Below, piece by piece: positions 53,220 through 61,897 of a stretch of DNA of 61,897 nt. The number at the start of each line of letters is the position of its first letter. Position 1 is the stretch's first letter. Origin of the DNA: SAR202 cluster bacterium (GTDB taxonomy: Bacteria; Chloroflexota; Dehalococcoidia; Lucifugimonadales; Lucifugimonadaceae). A program made the translations under genes and the position numbers. Below the pieces are notes generated by a model. That model did no database searches and had not been told where the DNA came from. It was given only the letters and a program-made list of their open reading frames with translations. The stretch lies in the NCBI GenBank assembly GCA_008373165.1, contig RQOU01000073.1, forward strand, positions 1-61,897, in the 5' to 3' direction.

Positions 53220-54443
53220 CTAAGCTCGTCTAAGTTCTTTGGAAAGAATTAAAGCTATGCCGGCTACTGGAGTTCCAAATGCGGCGCTGATTACCAATGC
53301 TTCTTCATTGCCGAGCCATTCAGCTACGGCACCTCCGAACAGCCAGCCTAATGGGAATGTGTTGATTGCGATCACATACAGACTCATCACGCGACCTCGC
53401 ATTTTTTCAATTGAAGCTTGCTGGAACATCGTCAGTACTGCGGTTACCCACGGCATGGAGATTAAACCCATGAAAAATAAGGCTCCCAAGCTCAGGGGGA
53501 TTGAGCGTGAGAAACCGAATACAATCATTCCGATGTCCCAAACAACGCCCATCGATAACATTACGTACGCGTGTCGACGATGGATTCCGTATACAGATAT
53601 AAACACTGCACCAATTAGCATTCCGGCTCCAAATACCCCGCCCATCAATCCGAATCCAGTTGGCCCGATTTTTAGGATGTCTACGGCGTAAGTAGGCATC
53701 ACAGCGAAAATGGCACTTCCAAATAAATTTTGAGCAATTACTAGTAGTGTTAGCCATAGAAGTGGTGGAGTATTTCGAGCGTATTGAAGACCTTCAACCA
53801 TTTGGGTGAAAAGTGCAAATTTGGTCGGTTTGCTCGAGTTTTCAATCCGATTTGGCTCTTTTACTCGCGTCAGCAAAAGCAGTCCGAAAAAATTCCCTAC
53901 AACGATGAGCCAAAACACAGTATCTGCCCCTGATACTGCGATGATGAAACCCACGATCATCGGACCAAGCATTTCTCCCGTTGTATAGGCGACAGATAAG
54001 ATTCCATTGGCATTAGACAATTTATCTGAGTGGACGATGTCAGCTACCAGTGCAAAGAATGCTGGTCCGTAAAGTGCTCCGCCGATGGCTCCTATTAGTG
54101 AAACTGCGATCATATGCCATGCTACTAGGAGCTCGTTAGTGATCAGAATGGCGGTAGTACCTGAGGCTAGTGCGAACAAACAGAGTGAACCGACCATCAG
54201 ATTTTTACGGCCGAAACGATCTGAAATCACACCACCTACCAGAGCGAAAAATAAAAATGGAATTGCGCGAGCTCCCGCCACAACTCCAACCCATAGTTGC
54301 GATTGAGTCATCTCAAAAATCACCCAGGAATTAGCTGAACCTCGCATGAAAATCGCTAAGTCGAACAGGCCCTGACTAATTACGAGCGTACGGAATTGAG
54401 CGTCGGAAAGAAGTTCCGTTGTTTTTGGATTAAATTTCAACAA
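53220..54443 (-). CDS. MFS transporter
   Basis: About 12 TM helices, GGVISDRFGRK (motif A), MRGRVMS. Confidence 0.9.
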   Translation of the reverse strand: MLKFNPKTTELLSDAQFRTLVISQGLFDLAIFMRGSANSWVIFEMTQSQLWVGVVAGARAIPFLFFALVGGVISDRFGRKNLMVGSLCLFALASGTTAILITNELLVAWHMIAVSLIGAIGGALYGPAFFALVADIVHSDKLSNANGILSVAYTTGEMLGPMIVGFIIAVSGADTVFWLIVVGNFFGLLLLTRVKEPNRIENSSKPTKFALFTQMVEGLQYARNTPPLLWLTLLVIAQNLFGSAIFAVMPTYAVDILKIGPTGFGLMGGVFGAGMLIGAVFISVYGIHRRHAYVMLSMGVVWDIGMIVFGFSRSIPLSLGALFFMGLISMPWVTAVLTMFQQASIEKMRGRVMSLYVIAINTFPLGWLFGGAVAEWLGNEEALVISAAFGTPVAGIALILSKELRRA

Positions 54444-55286
54444 TTATGAAAGGGCGAAGACGAGGCGCTCAAGGACAATTGCAACTCCGTTATCGTCGTT
54501 TGAGGCTGTACGGTATTTAGCGATGCTTTTTATTTCGGGGATTGCGTTTTCAACGGCGACAGACCAACCAGAGTCTTGGATAAGGTCTATATCAACGAAA
54601 TCATCGCCGAAGGAAAGTACATCTGCAAGAGAGATTCTTGCACTTTTAAGTAAACAGGCGGCCGCCTTGGATTTAGTCGCTTCTATAGGTACCACGTTTA
54701 AAAATAATTCGCTTGCTGCGCGGAAAACAATTGTTCTATTAGATAGTTCTTGATCTAACTTGATTGCCAATGGTTCTAAGTTTCGATTTATGCCGTTGAT
54801 TGAGATTTTCGCGGGACCTATTTTCATTGCTTTTTCAAAAGAGATGACCGTTGGAGAGGTCGTTTGGTCGAAAGCCCATAATTCTTCGATCATATCCTCG
54901 TTATTCACAGCGAATTGAGTTCCATCAACCTCTAGTGTTCTGTGCGCCCACGGAGCGTATTTTTCCGCAAGATCCCAGCATTTTCGGGCGTCATCCAGAT
55001 CTATATTTATTTTTAGGTTTCCATTAAGACCTGCTCTTCCGCATGCAACCGTTCCGTTCATTTGTACAAGCGAAGATATTCGAAGAATGTCATTCCCAAC
55101 TAGTGCTGGCAACACACGTTCAGGCCTTGAAGTCGCGATGATAATCGGGATGCCTAATTCGTATATGGCATGCAGTGCAACATGAGTACGATTGTCCAGT
55201 TGGCCGCTTGAGTTTAATGTTGTTTCGTCTAAATCAAGAGCAATCGCATTGGGAGTTTGAGTTGAAAAATCAGGAAGATTCAACAA
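54444..55286 (-). CDS. Cof-type HAD family hydrolase (phosphatase)
   Basis: DLDET (DxD), ATSR, NG, TK, FGDDFVD, ENA, NGVA. Confidence 0.85.
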   Translation of the reverse strand: MLNLPDFSTQTPNAIALDLDETTLNSSGQLDNRTHVALHAIYELGIPIIIATSRPERVLPALVGNDILRISSLVQMNGTVACGRAGLNGNLKINIDLDDARKCWDLAEKYAPWAHRTLEVDGTQFAVNNEDMIEELWAFDQTTSPTVISFEKAMKIGPAKISINGINRNLEPLAIKLDQELSNRTIVFRAASELFLNVVPIEATKSKAAACLLKSARISLADVLSFGDDFVDIDLIQDSGWSVAVENAIPEIKSIAKYRTASNDDNGVAIVLERLVFALS

Positions 55287-55313
55287 GGACCTTCCTTTTC
55301 TATGGAACTTTGG

Positions 55314-56597
55314 TTACTCACTTCGAAATAAAGCGGGCCATTTAATCACCGCAATCAATGTAGCTGATAGTCCAATTCCACCAAGTACACCGATCATTGT
55401 TGCAGGTCCAGCTTCTTGCGATATCCAACCTCCGAATAACAAGCCTAGGGATAATCCGTATATACCGAGAGATCTAATTCCCATTACACGACCGCGGGTC
55501 TTTGCTGGTGCTGTTCGAAGTAGTGCGACCACCATTGCGACAAAGGTGATTCCTCCGCTAAATCCCCAAAGAAGCAAAAGCACTGTAAACAACCAGAGGG
55601 GCGGTGTGAGAGCTAACAACAGCATTAAGGCGTGCCAGGTGATTGAGCCGAGAATCATGATTCGACCGGGGTTGATTACGCTTTGTTTGATGCCAAGTAA
55701 TGCGGCTCCTGACAACGCACCAGCAGAAGCAATGGCGGCTAGCAGGCCAATTCCGGTTCCGTTTTGGTTATACAGATCGCTACCAATAACTGCCATTAAG
55801 CCATTTACAAGTGGGAAAGCTGTGAACTCGATCAGGAATGAGAAGAAGATTAGTCCTGGCAGGAGAGGGCTCTCCTTTATGTAATGTAATCCTTCTTTAA
55901 ATCCGCGCCATATGCTGGCAGTCTCGCTATCGGTTTTCACAGGTCTTGAATCGATTTTTATAGCAGTAATTGTTGCCATTAGATAAAGCACGGTTATTGT
56001 GATGTAAGCCCAGTCGAGTCCAAGTAGTTCGAGTAGGGTGCCGCCTACGATAGATCCAACTACTCTTGCACCATCTAATGTTGATCTTGAGAGTCCTATA
56101 GCTCCATGCAAGGCATGGGAAGGCACCGCGTCGGCGGTCAATGTCTGGATTAATATGAGATCGAGCATCCGCACCATGCTGCCGGCAGTGACGATTGCAT
56201 ATGCGTGCCACAATTCGAGTTTATCCGTAATTATTAGCGTCGTTAGGGTTATGGCTAGTGCGACACCAAAGACTCTCACTCCCACTTGTAGTAACTTGCG
56301 GTTGAACCGATCCACCATCAACCCATAAAGAGGACCGAAGAGAGTGCCGGCGAATTTTACAGCGCCTATCAGTCCGACTAATAGTGGGGAGTTAGTGTCT
56401 CGCAAAACAAATATTGCGAGCACTATTATTTCCATTTCCATAGCCCATAAGCTGAGCGCTTCTGTTGGCCAAACGAATTTGTAGTCACCATACCTCAGAA
56501 CTTTAAACGGGTTGAGGCTGGACTTCCCGACATTGGCAAGGTCGTTAGACGGTGTGCTGTAATCATGGCGGCTGGTATTTGGTCTGGAATCGGACAT
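55314..56597 (-). CDS. MFS transporter
   Basis: About 12 TM helices, GLMVDRFNRK, TRGRVMG. Confidence 0.9.
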   Translation of the reverse strand: MSDSRPNTSRHDYSTPSNDLANVGKSSLNPFKVLRYGDYKFVWPTEALSLWAMEMEIIVLAIFVLRDTNSPLLVGLIGAVKFAGTLFGPLYGLMVDRFNRKLLQVGVRVFGVALAITLTTLIITDKLELWHAYAIVTAGSMVRMLDLILIQTLTADAVPSHALHGAIGLSRSTLDGARVVGSIVGGTLLELLGLDWAYITITVLYLMATITAIKIDSRPVKTDSETASIWRGFKEGLHYIKESPLLPGLIFFSFLIEFTAFPLVNGLMAVIGSDLYNQNGTGIGLLAAIASAGALSGAALLGIKQSVINPGRIMILGSITWHALMLLLALTPPLWLFTVLLLLWGFSGGITFVAMVVALLRTAPAKTRGRVMGIRSLGIYGLSLGLLFGGWISQEAGPATMIGVLGGIGLSATLIAVIKWPALFRSE

Positions 56598-56641
56598 AGT
56601 GTTGATTTTGTCACGACAGCGTTTTGCTTACCGTTACCGAA

Positions 56642-57922
56642 TTATCGAGCGTTCCTGAGTTCCGGAGTCATGATTATTGCTGATCCTGCCACAATAAGCC
56701 CGCCTACCACTCCAATAAACATGGTTGTCTGGATACCCCATGCTTCAATTCCAATTCCACCCACAACCCATCCGAGTTGGTGGGTAAGCACGACCATGAA
56801 ATAAAGACTCATCACACGCCCGCGCATTTTTTCTGATGACGCAGTTTGAAGCAAAACAGGTACGGAGATCATCCATGCTGAAAACGCCAAACCTAGCAAA
56901 ACCATGGCCAATCCCGAAATGAGGATGTTTGGGGCTATTGCGAATAACGAGACCGCGCTGTTGAACATTAGTAATGCAAATATCAGGAGAAAGCCCTTTC
57001 GGATATGTTTGCTCAGGATAAACAGTGCCAATGATCCGATTAGTGCGCCTACACCGTTTAACCCGAGTATTACCCCGTATCCAACCTCACCCAATCCTAA
57101 GACTTCCTGCACTTTAACCGGTATCGCAGGTTGGTACATTCCCATGAATAACGCTCCTGAGCCAACGATGAGCAATGCTCTAATGATCGGGGTTTGAGAG
57201 GCATATTTGATGCCCTCTTTTATATCCGCGAGGATGTTCCTGCCACTTGCGATTGGCATGTGTCGTGTTTTTACAGCGAAAATCATTATCGCTGACAGCA
57301 TGTACAACGCAGCAAGAACAAAAAAAGCGATGTCGTACCCAAGCAGTAATAAAGCTCCGCCAACACTTGGTCCTGCGATCGTCGCGGTCATAGATATACC
57401 CGTATTGAGGCTCGATGCGGAAATTAGGCGTTCACGCCCAACGACGTCTAAAGCGAACGCCTGACTTGTTGGGTTGTGTAAGGCGAACATGGCGCCTGTC
57501 ATGAGCGAAATTGGGATTAAATGCCACCATTGGAACAGGTTTGTTGTTAGAAGCAGCGCGGTAAGCAATGCCATCGATGCAATAACCAATTTCGTTCGCC
57601 ACAGCAGTTGCCATCTTTCGGTTCTATCTGCTAGGGCACCACCTATCAACGATATGGATATAATCGCAATGCCCGGCATAGCGTTGATTAGGCCCATTAA
57701 GGTTGCTGAGTCAGTCTTATCCAAGACGATCCATGCTTGGGCCATGTTCCTCACCTGGTATCCCGCAAATGTGGCAAGGTTCGAGAGAACCAGTAGTCGA
57801 TAGTCGCGTATCGACAGGATGCTGAATGGGCCATGTCCATCGGGCAGGTTTTTTGGGCCTGCAGTTACGCTCGATGTTTTTGATTCACTAGCAGTATTCG
57901 CTACTTGCGATTTTTTTTGCAT
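56642..57922 (-). CDS. MFS transporter
   Basis: About 12 TM helices, GGALADRTER, MRGRVMS. Confidence 0.9.
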   Translation of the reverse strand: MQKKSQVANTASESKTSSVTAGPKNLPDGHGPFSILSIRDYRLLVLSNLATFAGYQVRNMAQAWIVLDKTDSATLMGLINAMPGIAIISISLIGGALADRTERWQLLWRTKLVIASMALLTALLLTTNLFQWWHLIPISLMTGAMFALHNPTSQAFALDVVGRERLISASSLNTGISMTATIAGPSVGGALLLLGYDIAFFVLAALYMLSAIMIFAVKTRHMPIASGRNILADIKEGIKYASQTPIIRALLIVGSGALFMGMYQPAIPVKVQEVLGLGEVGYGVILGLNGVGALIGSLALFILSKHIRKGFLLIFALLMFNSAVSLFAIAPNILISGLAMVLLGLAFSAWMISVPVLLQTASSEKMRGRVMSLYFMVVLTHQLGWVVGGIGIEAWGIQTTMFIGVVGGLIVAGSAIIMTPELRNAR

Positions 57923-58017
57923 TGAAAACTTGTTGGATTTGGTATCCGTATGAAGCGCAGTTGCTCTTCATCGTTGGTCATGAATGAAAATAAAGGTGCG
58001 ACAGTAATCTTGGTTGG

Positions 58018-59208
58018 CTATTTTCTTACGATAAATGGTTCGAGTAGAGATTCATTTATCTCTACTCCAATGCCAGGCCTGTCAGGCAACACGAATCCTC
58101 CGTCCGCGTATTTCCACCCAGTGTCTGAAGCCTTATCTAGCCTGTCTGACAGACCTCCCTGGAATTCTTGCAAATAGTCTTTTGATGCGACTGCTGCACA
58201 TTGCAGTGTCGCTGCCTGAAATACCGACACACCGCTCCCCATGTGTGGCGTAGTAGGTATGCCATATTGAGAGGCAATTTGCATTTGAATCATGTAATCA
58301 CTGAATCCCGTTCGCCCTATATCAGGCTGATAAACGTCTAATGCACGTGGTTCTTGCACCCATGACTCCATTTGATAACGAGTTCTGAAGTGCTCGCCAA
58401 GTGCTATTGGAGCGCCGGGCTTATTCACGAGGATTTGATGACCGGTCAGATCTTCAGGTTGTAATGGGCACTCAAAAAAGCGTACATTTCTTTGCCCGTA
58501 TTCTCTTTTACCCAATTCTGCTGATTCGGGTGAGCACATCCATAATGTGTCTACCATCCATTGTTCCAGATCAGGAGATCCCTCGATAAGGCCATCTAGT
58601 TCATCTATACCTTTACTCACGTCGCCTGTCAGGAAAATTTTTGCACCCTTCAGCCCAGTGTCTATCCATGAGTTAACGTGATTCGATCGTTCTTGCAGGG
58701 TGGAACGGCGTATCCCCGATAGATAAACGTCGAATCTAGTCCTTGGGTTAGGCGCTAGTAGCGCCGCTACTGGAGACTGCTCACGCTTCCCAATAGCGTC
58801 CCAGACGGCGATATCGATCGCTGCGAGGGCATCCAGCCAGTAACCCGATGAGTAACCTCGCCCACGTTGTGTGTCATACTGGAAATTCCATAAGGCTGCA
58901 GGCGATTCGAATTCTTGGCCATTAATCATTTGTGCCAGCAGGTCATTAATGATTATGCATACGATCTCTGGGCCTATTCCAGAGTTTGCTTCGCCCCAGC
59001 CTATGGTTCCATCGGATAACGTGACCTTGACCAGTGGGGTCTCAATGTAGCGAGCATAGACGGTTTGCCATCCTTGTTTGAATTCAAAGCGATCAGTTTG
59101 TCTATCTCCCTCGTTCGCACGGTATGACTCCCAGTAAGAAGCGGTGTTCTTAAAGGCAAGATGAATAGATTCGATTGATTGAATTGAGAAACTTGTATTG
59201 ACGGGCAT
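58018..59208 (-). CDS. Mandelate racemase / muconate lactonizing enzyme family protein
   Basis: GWGEA, AIDIAVWD, metal ligands MVD / FFECP / LGE, QPDIGR, PH, QE. Confidence 0.86.
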   Translation of the reverse strand: MPVNTSFSIQSIESIHLAFKNTASYWESYRANEGDRQTDRFEFKQGWQTVYARYIETPLVKVTLSDGTIGWGEANSGIGPEIVCIIINDLLAQMINGQEFESPAALWNFQYDTQRGRGYSSGYWLDALAAIDIAVWDAIGKREQSPVAALLAPNPRTRFDVYLSGIRRSTLQERSNHVNSWIDTGLKGAKIFLTGDVSKGIDELDGLIEGSPDLEQWMVDTLWMCSPESAELGKREYGQRNVRFFECPLQPEDLTGHQILVNKPGAPIALGEHFRTRYQMESWVQEPRALDVYQPDIGRTGFSDYMIQMQIASQYGIPTTPHMGSGVSVFQAATLQCAAVASKDYLQEFQGGLSDRLDKASDTGWKYADGGFVLPDRPGIGVEINESLLEPFIVRK

Positions 59209-59339
59209 CTTGTTCCGATTTGAATATTTGGTTATGCAATATTCAACAGGAAATCTACTCGAACTTCATCTATTTTCCGTACAGTTTTGTGGTGATAATC
59301 CAGCTACCGGGAACCGTGTTCAAAACAGGTTAGTGAACG

Positions 59340-59367
59340 TTGACTTTTTATGAGTCGCGTGTATATT
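59340..59367 (+). promoter_or_regulatory. Putative sigma70-type promoter for the substrate-binding protein gene
   Basis: TTGACT-N16-TATATT immediately before the structured leader. Confidence 0.45.
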
Positions 59368-59380
59368 TCGTTGATGATCA

Positions 59381-59580
59381 CGTAGCAGTGCTGCAGAGAT
59401 TGTTTCTGCTCGTCAGGCTACACGACAAGGCAAATACGAAAATATGGCAGGTAGATTGCAGTTGGAAAGCTTGTCTTTCATGCTCAAATCTACTGAGGTT
59501 AAATCGCTAATCCGGCGAGAACAGTTTCACCAGAAAGCGATTTGACCGACGAAGCCTACATATCAAGCCTTGCGGGAGGA
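59381..59580 (+). ncRNA. Candidate structured cis-regulatory 5' leader (unassigned family)
   Basis: Stems GTAGC/GCTAC, GCAGAGA/TTTCTGC, GTAGATT/AATCTAC, GAAAG/CTTTC, GGTTAAATCGCT/AGCGATTTGACC, and an enclosing CAAGGC/GCCTTG next to the GGAGG RBS. Confidence 0.45.
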
Positions 59581-59587
59581 AAATATA

Positions 59588-61729
59588 ATGGATCTTAGTT
59601 TGAACAAGCGATGGGCTCCGGTGCTATTGGCACTGGCTGGCTTGCTTGTCGTTGCTGGAATCGCCTGTGGTAGCGATGATAGCGCCGATGACACAGCTGC
59701 AGCCCCAGCCGCTCCAGCTGCTCCAGCTGCTCCACAAGCGGCGGCAAAAGCAGCAGACCCTGAGGCAGCTAAAGCAGCAGCCCCAGCAGCGAAAGCTGAA
59801 GCAGCAGCAGCCGGTGGTAAGAGTGAGGCAGCAGCAGCTGCTAAGCCTGCCGCAACGGTAGCCAAAGCCGCCTCAGCAAAAGCAACAACGGCTCCGACCG
59901 CTAGTGGTGGCCCTGAGGGCGAAATCGTCCGAGCTTTCACGACGGTTGAGTCTGTTTATGGAATTGGTTATGTTGGTCCGTATCGCGGATCAGCTACTAA
60001 CCAGATTGGTGGTATCGAAGAGGCTCTCTTCAATTTCGAAGATGGTTCCCCGATGAATCCCTTCCTGGTTGACACATGGGACATTGACGCAGCGGGCACA
60101 CGTGCTCGCATGACGCTCAAGTCAGGCTTGAAGTGGCAGAGTCCCATTGGTTACGAAGACGAGGACTTCGGTGAGCTGAATGCCGCAGAACTTGTTGAGT
60201 GGTTCAACCGCTCTAACGCAACGACAAACCCCGAATCCACTTACGGTGACGGTGGTGACTTTGCTGCGATCTTCCTCGAGGCAAAGGCGATTGATGATCT
60301 AACGATCGAAATCGGCCTTGTCGCTCCGGTTTACTACTGTCTCCCCGTATCTCAGTTCGGTTGTCTTTCAGCCGCACGTGGAGTACACAAGGTAACGTCA
60401 GCCGATACCCATGGTATTGACTGGGCCCGATCACACCACATTGGTACCGGCCCTTACGTGCAGGGTGATGACTGTAAGCCTGGTGACCGCTGCTCAATGC
60501 ATGCCGTTGACAGCCACTGGCGAACTACTGGTAACGTTGCAAAAATCACAGGAATTCAGGTTCCTGAGGCAACAACCCAGATCGCAATGCTCAAGAATGG
60601 CTCTATTGACATGGTCACGCTTGACTACAAGCTCCTTCCAGAGGTTGTAGCCGATGGCTTCAGGTTCCTAGAGACCATGCCTGGTGGATATGTTGGTCAG
60701 TCAATCCTGTTCCCGGGTCTTCTCTGGGAGCACTCTCACGCTCGAACGGCAGAGCCGCTTGCTCCGTGGGATGCCCCTCCGTACGCGGAAGACTACCCGT
60801 GGATTGGTAACCCTTGGGGTGACCAGGGCAACACCTGTGAAGATGGTGATGCCCCAGGCCACGATCTTTGTGGTAACGCTCCTTACACGGATGACAACAA
60901 CCCAGATGGTATGGACGACATGGAGCAGGCTCGACTAGTTCGACTTGCCCTTTCGACCGCTATCGACCGTGGTGCCATCCTTAGTTCTTTGTTGAACGAC
61001 CTTGGCACGCCGATCTACTCCGAGTACATGGGTCCTGAGTACCCTGGCTGGGATGCAGCTCGCCAGACCGGTTGTTTCGACTGGCTCGGTAATGACACTA
61101 CCTGTTCTGGAACACAAGAGTCTGTTCCGTGGGAGATCGCTGATGGTGACCTCGACGTTGCCGGAGCCCTCCTTACGACAGCTGGCTACCCACTGGTAGA
61201 CGGCAAACGCCAAGGATTTGGCGAGCTCGTACTGCAGGCTTACGCAGCAGAAGCAGGACCTGTTGGTCTTGAAGTTGCTGACACCATCATGTCTGACTGG
61301 ACACGTCTCGGTATCGAGATTTCGGGTCTAGTTGAAGACTACGGTGGAGTTATCAGCCCACGCATGCGACAGCGAATTCAGTACCTGCCTGTTTTGAAGA
61401 ACGGTGACGTTCACTCCAACGTATACCCGATAGACTGGCCGCTGCCGACGGTAGACACATCGTCGTCACGACCTGGCTGGGGTGTTGGTTTCGAATCTCA
61501 GGCCGGTGCGAAATGGCTGTTTGAGATTCTTGGTGAGAAGGACGCTAGCGTCCGAGCCGAGAAGCACTTGAACTGGGTCGACTACAGCATGTTCTGGCTG
61601 CAATACGCCGGTGTGTTCCAGGTTCCGAAAGGAATCGTAGTCAATGACCGAATCAAGTCATGGGATGGATACCAGCAGCACTACTCAAACGTGTCTGGTA
61701 ACCCAGAATTCATCGTACTGAATGACTAA
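59588..61729 (+). CDS. ABC transporter substrate-binding lipoprotein (family 5, Opp/Dpp-like)
   Basis: GGAGG RBS before ATG 59588, lipobox IAC, Ala/Pro/Lys linker, IGTGPY, VPEATTQIAMLKNG.ID, VRLAL..AIDR.AI. Confidence 0.85.
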   Translation: MDLSLNKRWAPVLLALAGLLVVAGIACGSDDSADDTAAAPAAPAAPAAPQAAAKAADPEAAKAAAPAAKAEAAAAGGKSEAAAAAKPAATVAKAASAKATTAPTASGGPEGEIVRAFTTVESVYGIGYVGPYRGSATNQIGGIEEALFNFEDGSPMNPFLVDTWDIDAAGTRARMTLKSGLKWQSPIGYEDEDFGELNAAELVEWFNRSNATTNPESTYGDGGDFAAIFLEAKAIDDLTIEIGLVAPVYYCLPVSQFGCLSAARGVHKVTSADTHGIDWARSHHIGTGPYVQGDDCKPGDRCSMHAVDSHWRTTGNVAKITGIQVPEATTQIAMLKNGSIDMVTLDYKLLPEVVADGFRFLETMPGGYVGQSILFPGLLWEHSHARTAEPLAPWDAPPYAEDYPWIGNPWGDQGNTCEDGDAPGHDLCGNAPYTDDNNPDGMDDMEQARLVRLALSTAIDRGAILSSLLNDLGTPIYSEYMGPEYPGWDAARQTGCFDWLGNDTTCSGTQESVPWEIADGDLDVAGALLTTAGYPLVDGKRQGFGELVLQAYAAEAGPVGLEVADTIMSDWTRLGIEISGLVEDYGGVISPRMRQRIQYLPVLKNGDVHSNVYPIDWPLPTVDTSSSRPGWGVGFESQAGAKWLFEILGEKDASVRAEKHLNWVDYSMFWLQYAGVFQVPKGIVVNDRIKSWDGYQQHYSNVSGNPEFIVLND

Positions 61730-61767
61730 GAGTTCATACTCGTGATAATCAGTTAGTTAGCTAACTG

Positions 61768-61803
61768 AGACGGGGGTCGGAGTTTCCGGCCCCCGTCTTT
61801 TTT
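61768..61803 (+). terminator. Intrinsic terminator after the substrate-binding protein gene
   Basis: AGACGGGGGTCGGA-GTT-TCCGGCCCCCGTCT followed by a T run. Confidence 0.88.
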
Positions 61804-61897
61804 AATCTCTGCATCAGGGGGTGCCCGCGTTTACCTACGCATCAAAAAAATGTTAATAAGGTTATGTAGTCGGTTAGTGATCGTTGACAAAGTATTT

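Noticed and set aside
59695-59890. Short tandem repeats (GCTCCAGCT, GCAGCA) as a CRISPR array or VNTR
   Set aside because: In-frame coding low-complexity linker with no repeat-spacer structure and no cas genes.
59563-59940. 125-aa Ala-rich minus-strand ORF
   Set aside because: Antisense shadow of the GCA/GCT-rich linker of the SBP gene.

Overview
Gene-dense chromosomal window of about 55 CDS and one tRNA-Ser. It most likely comes from a marine Chloroflexota bacterium (Dehalococcoidia, SAR202-like). This is inferred from the housekeeping proteins, the sortase and the paralogous enolase-family dehydratases and MFS transporters, not from a database search. Bases 1-10,600 hold accessory amide/lactam catabolism genes (MlrC-like peptidase, hydantoinase/oxoprolinase A and B, DSD1-like PLP enzyme, two alpha/beta hydrolases), sucCD and a UxuA-like dehydratase. 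Bases 11,000-47,000 are mostly core genes (polA, rsmD-coaD, lysS, serS, pth, ligA, tyrS, ribF, DAHP synthase, aroH, trpA, ftsH, infC-rpmI-rplT, ctaA-ctaB, tsaD). Bases 47,500-61,800 form a sugar-acid-type catabolic and transport cluster. No CRISPR array, integrase, transposase or prophage was seen. The strongest signals missed by the ORF track are translational or RNA-level: (1) a lipoprotein-type thioredoxin-fold selenoprotein split at an in-frame UGA in a UxxC motif, followed by a SECIS-like hairpin; (2) an aromatic-rich candidate leader peptide upstream of DAHP synthase; (3) a highly structured 5' leader of about 200 nt before a family-5 substrate-binding protein; (4) non-canonical ATT and ATA starts; (5) a DapA-family protein that appears to lack its catalytic Lys and Tyr.
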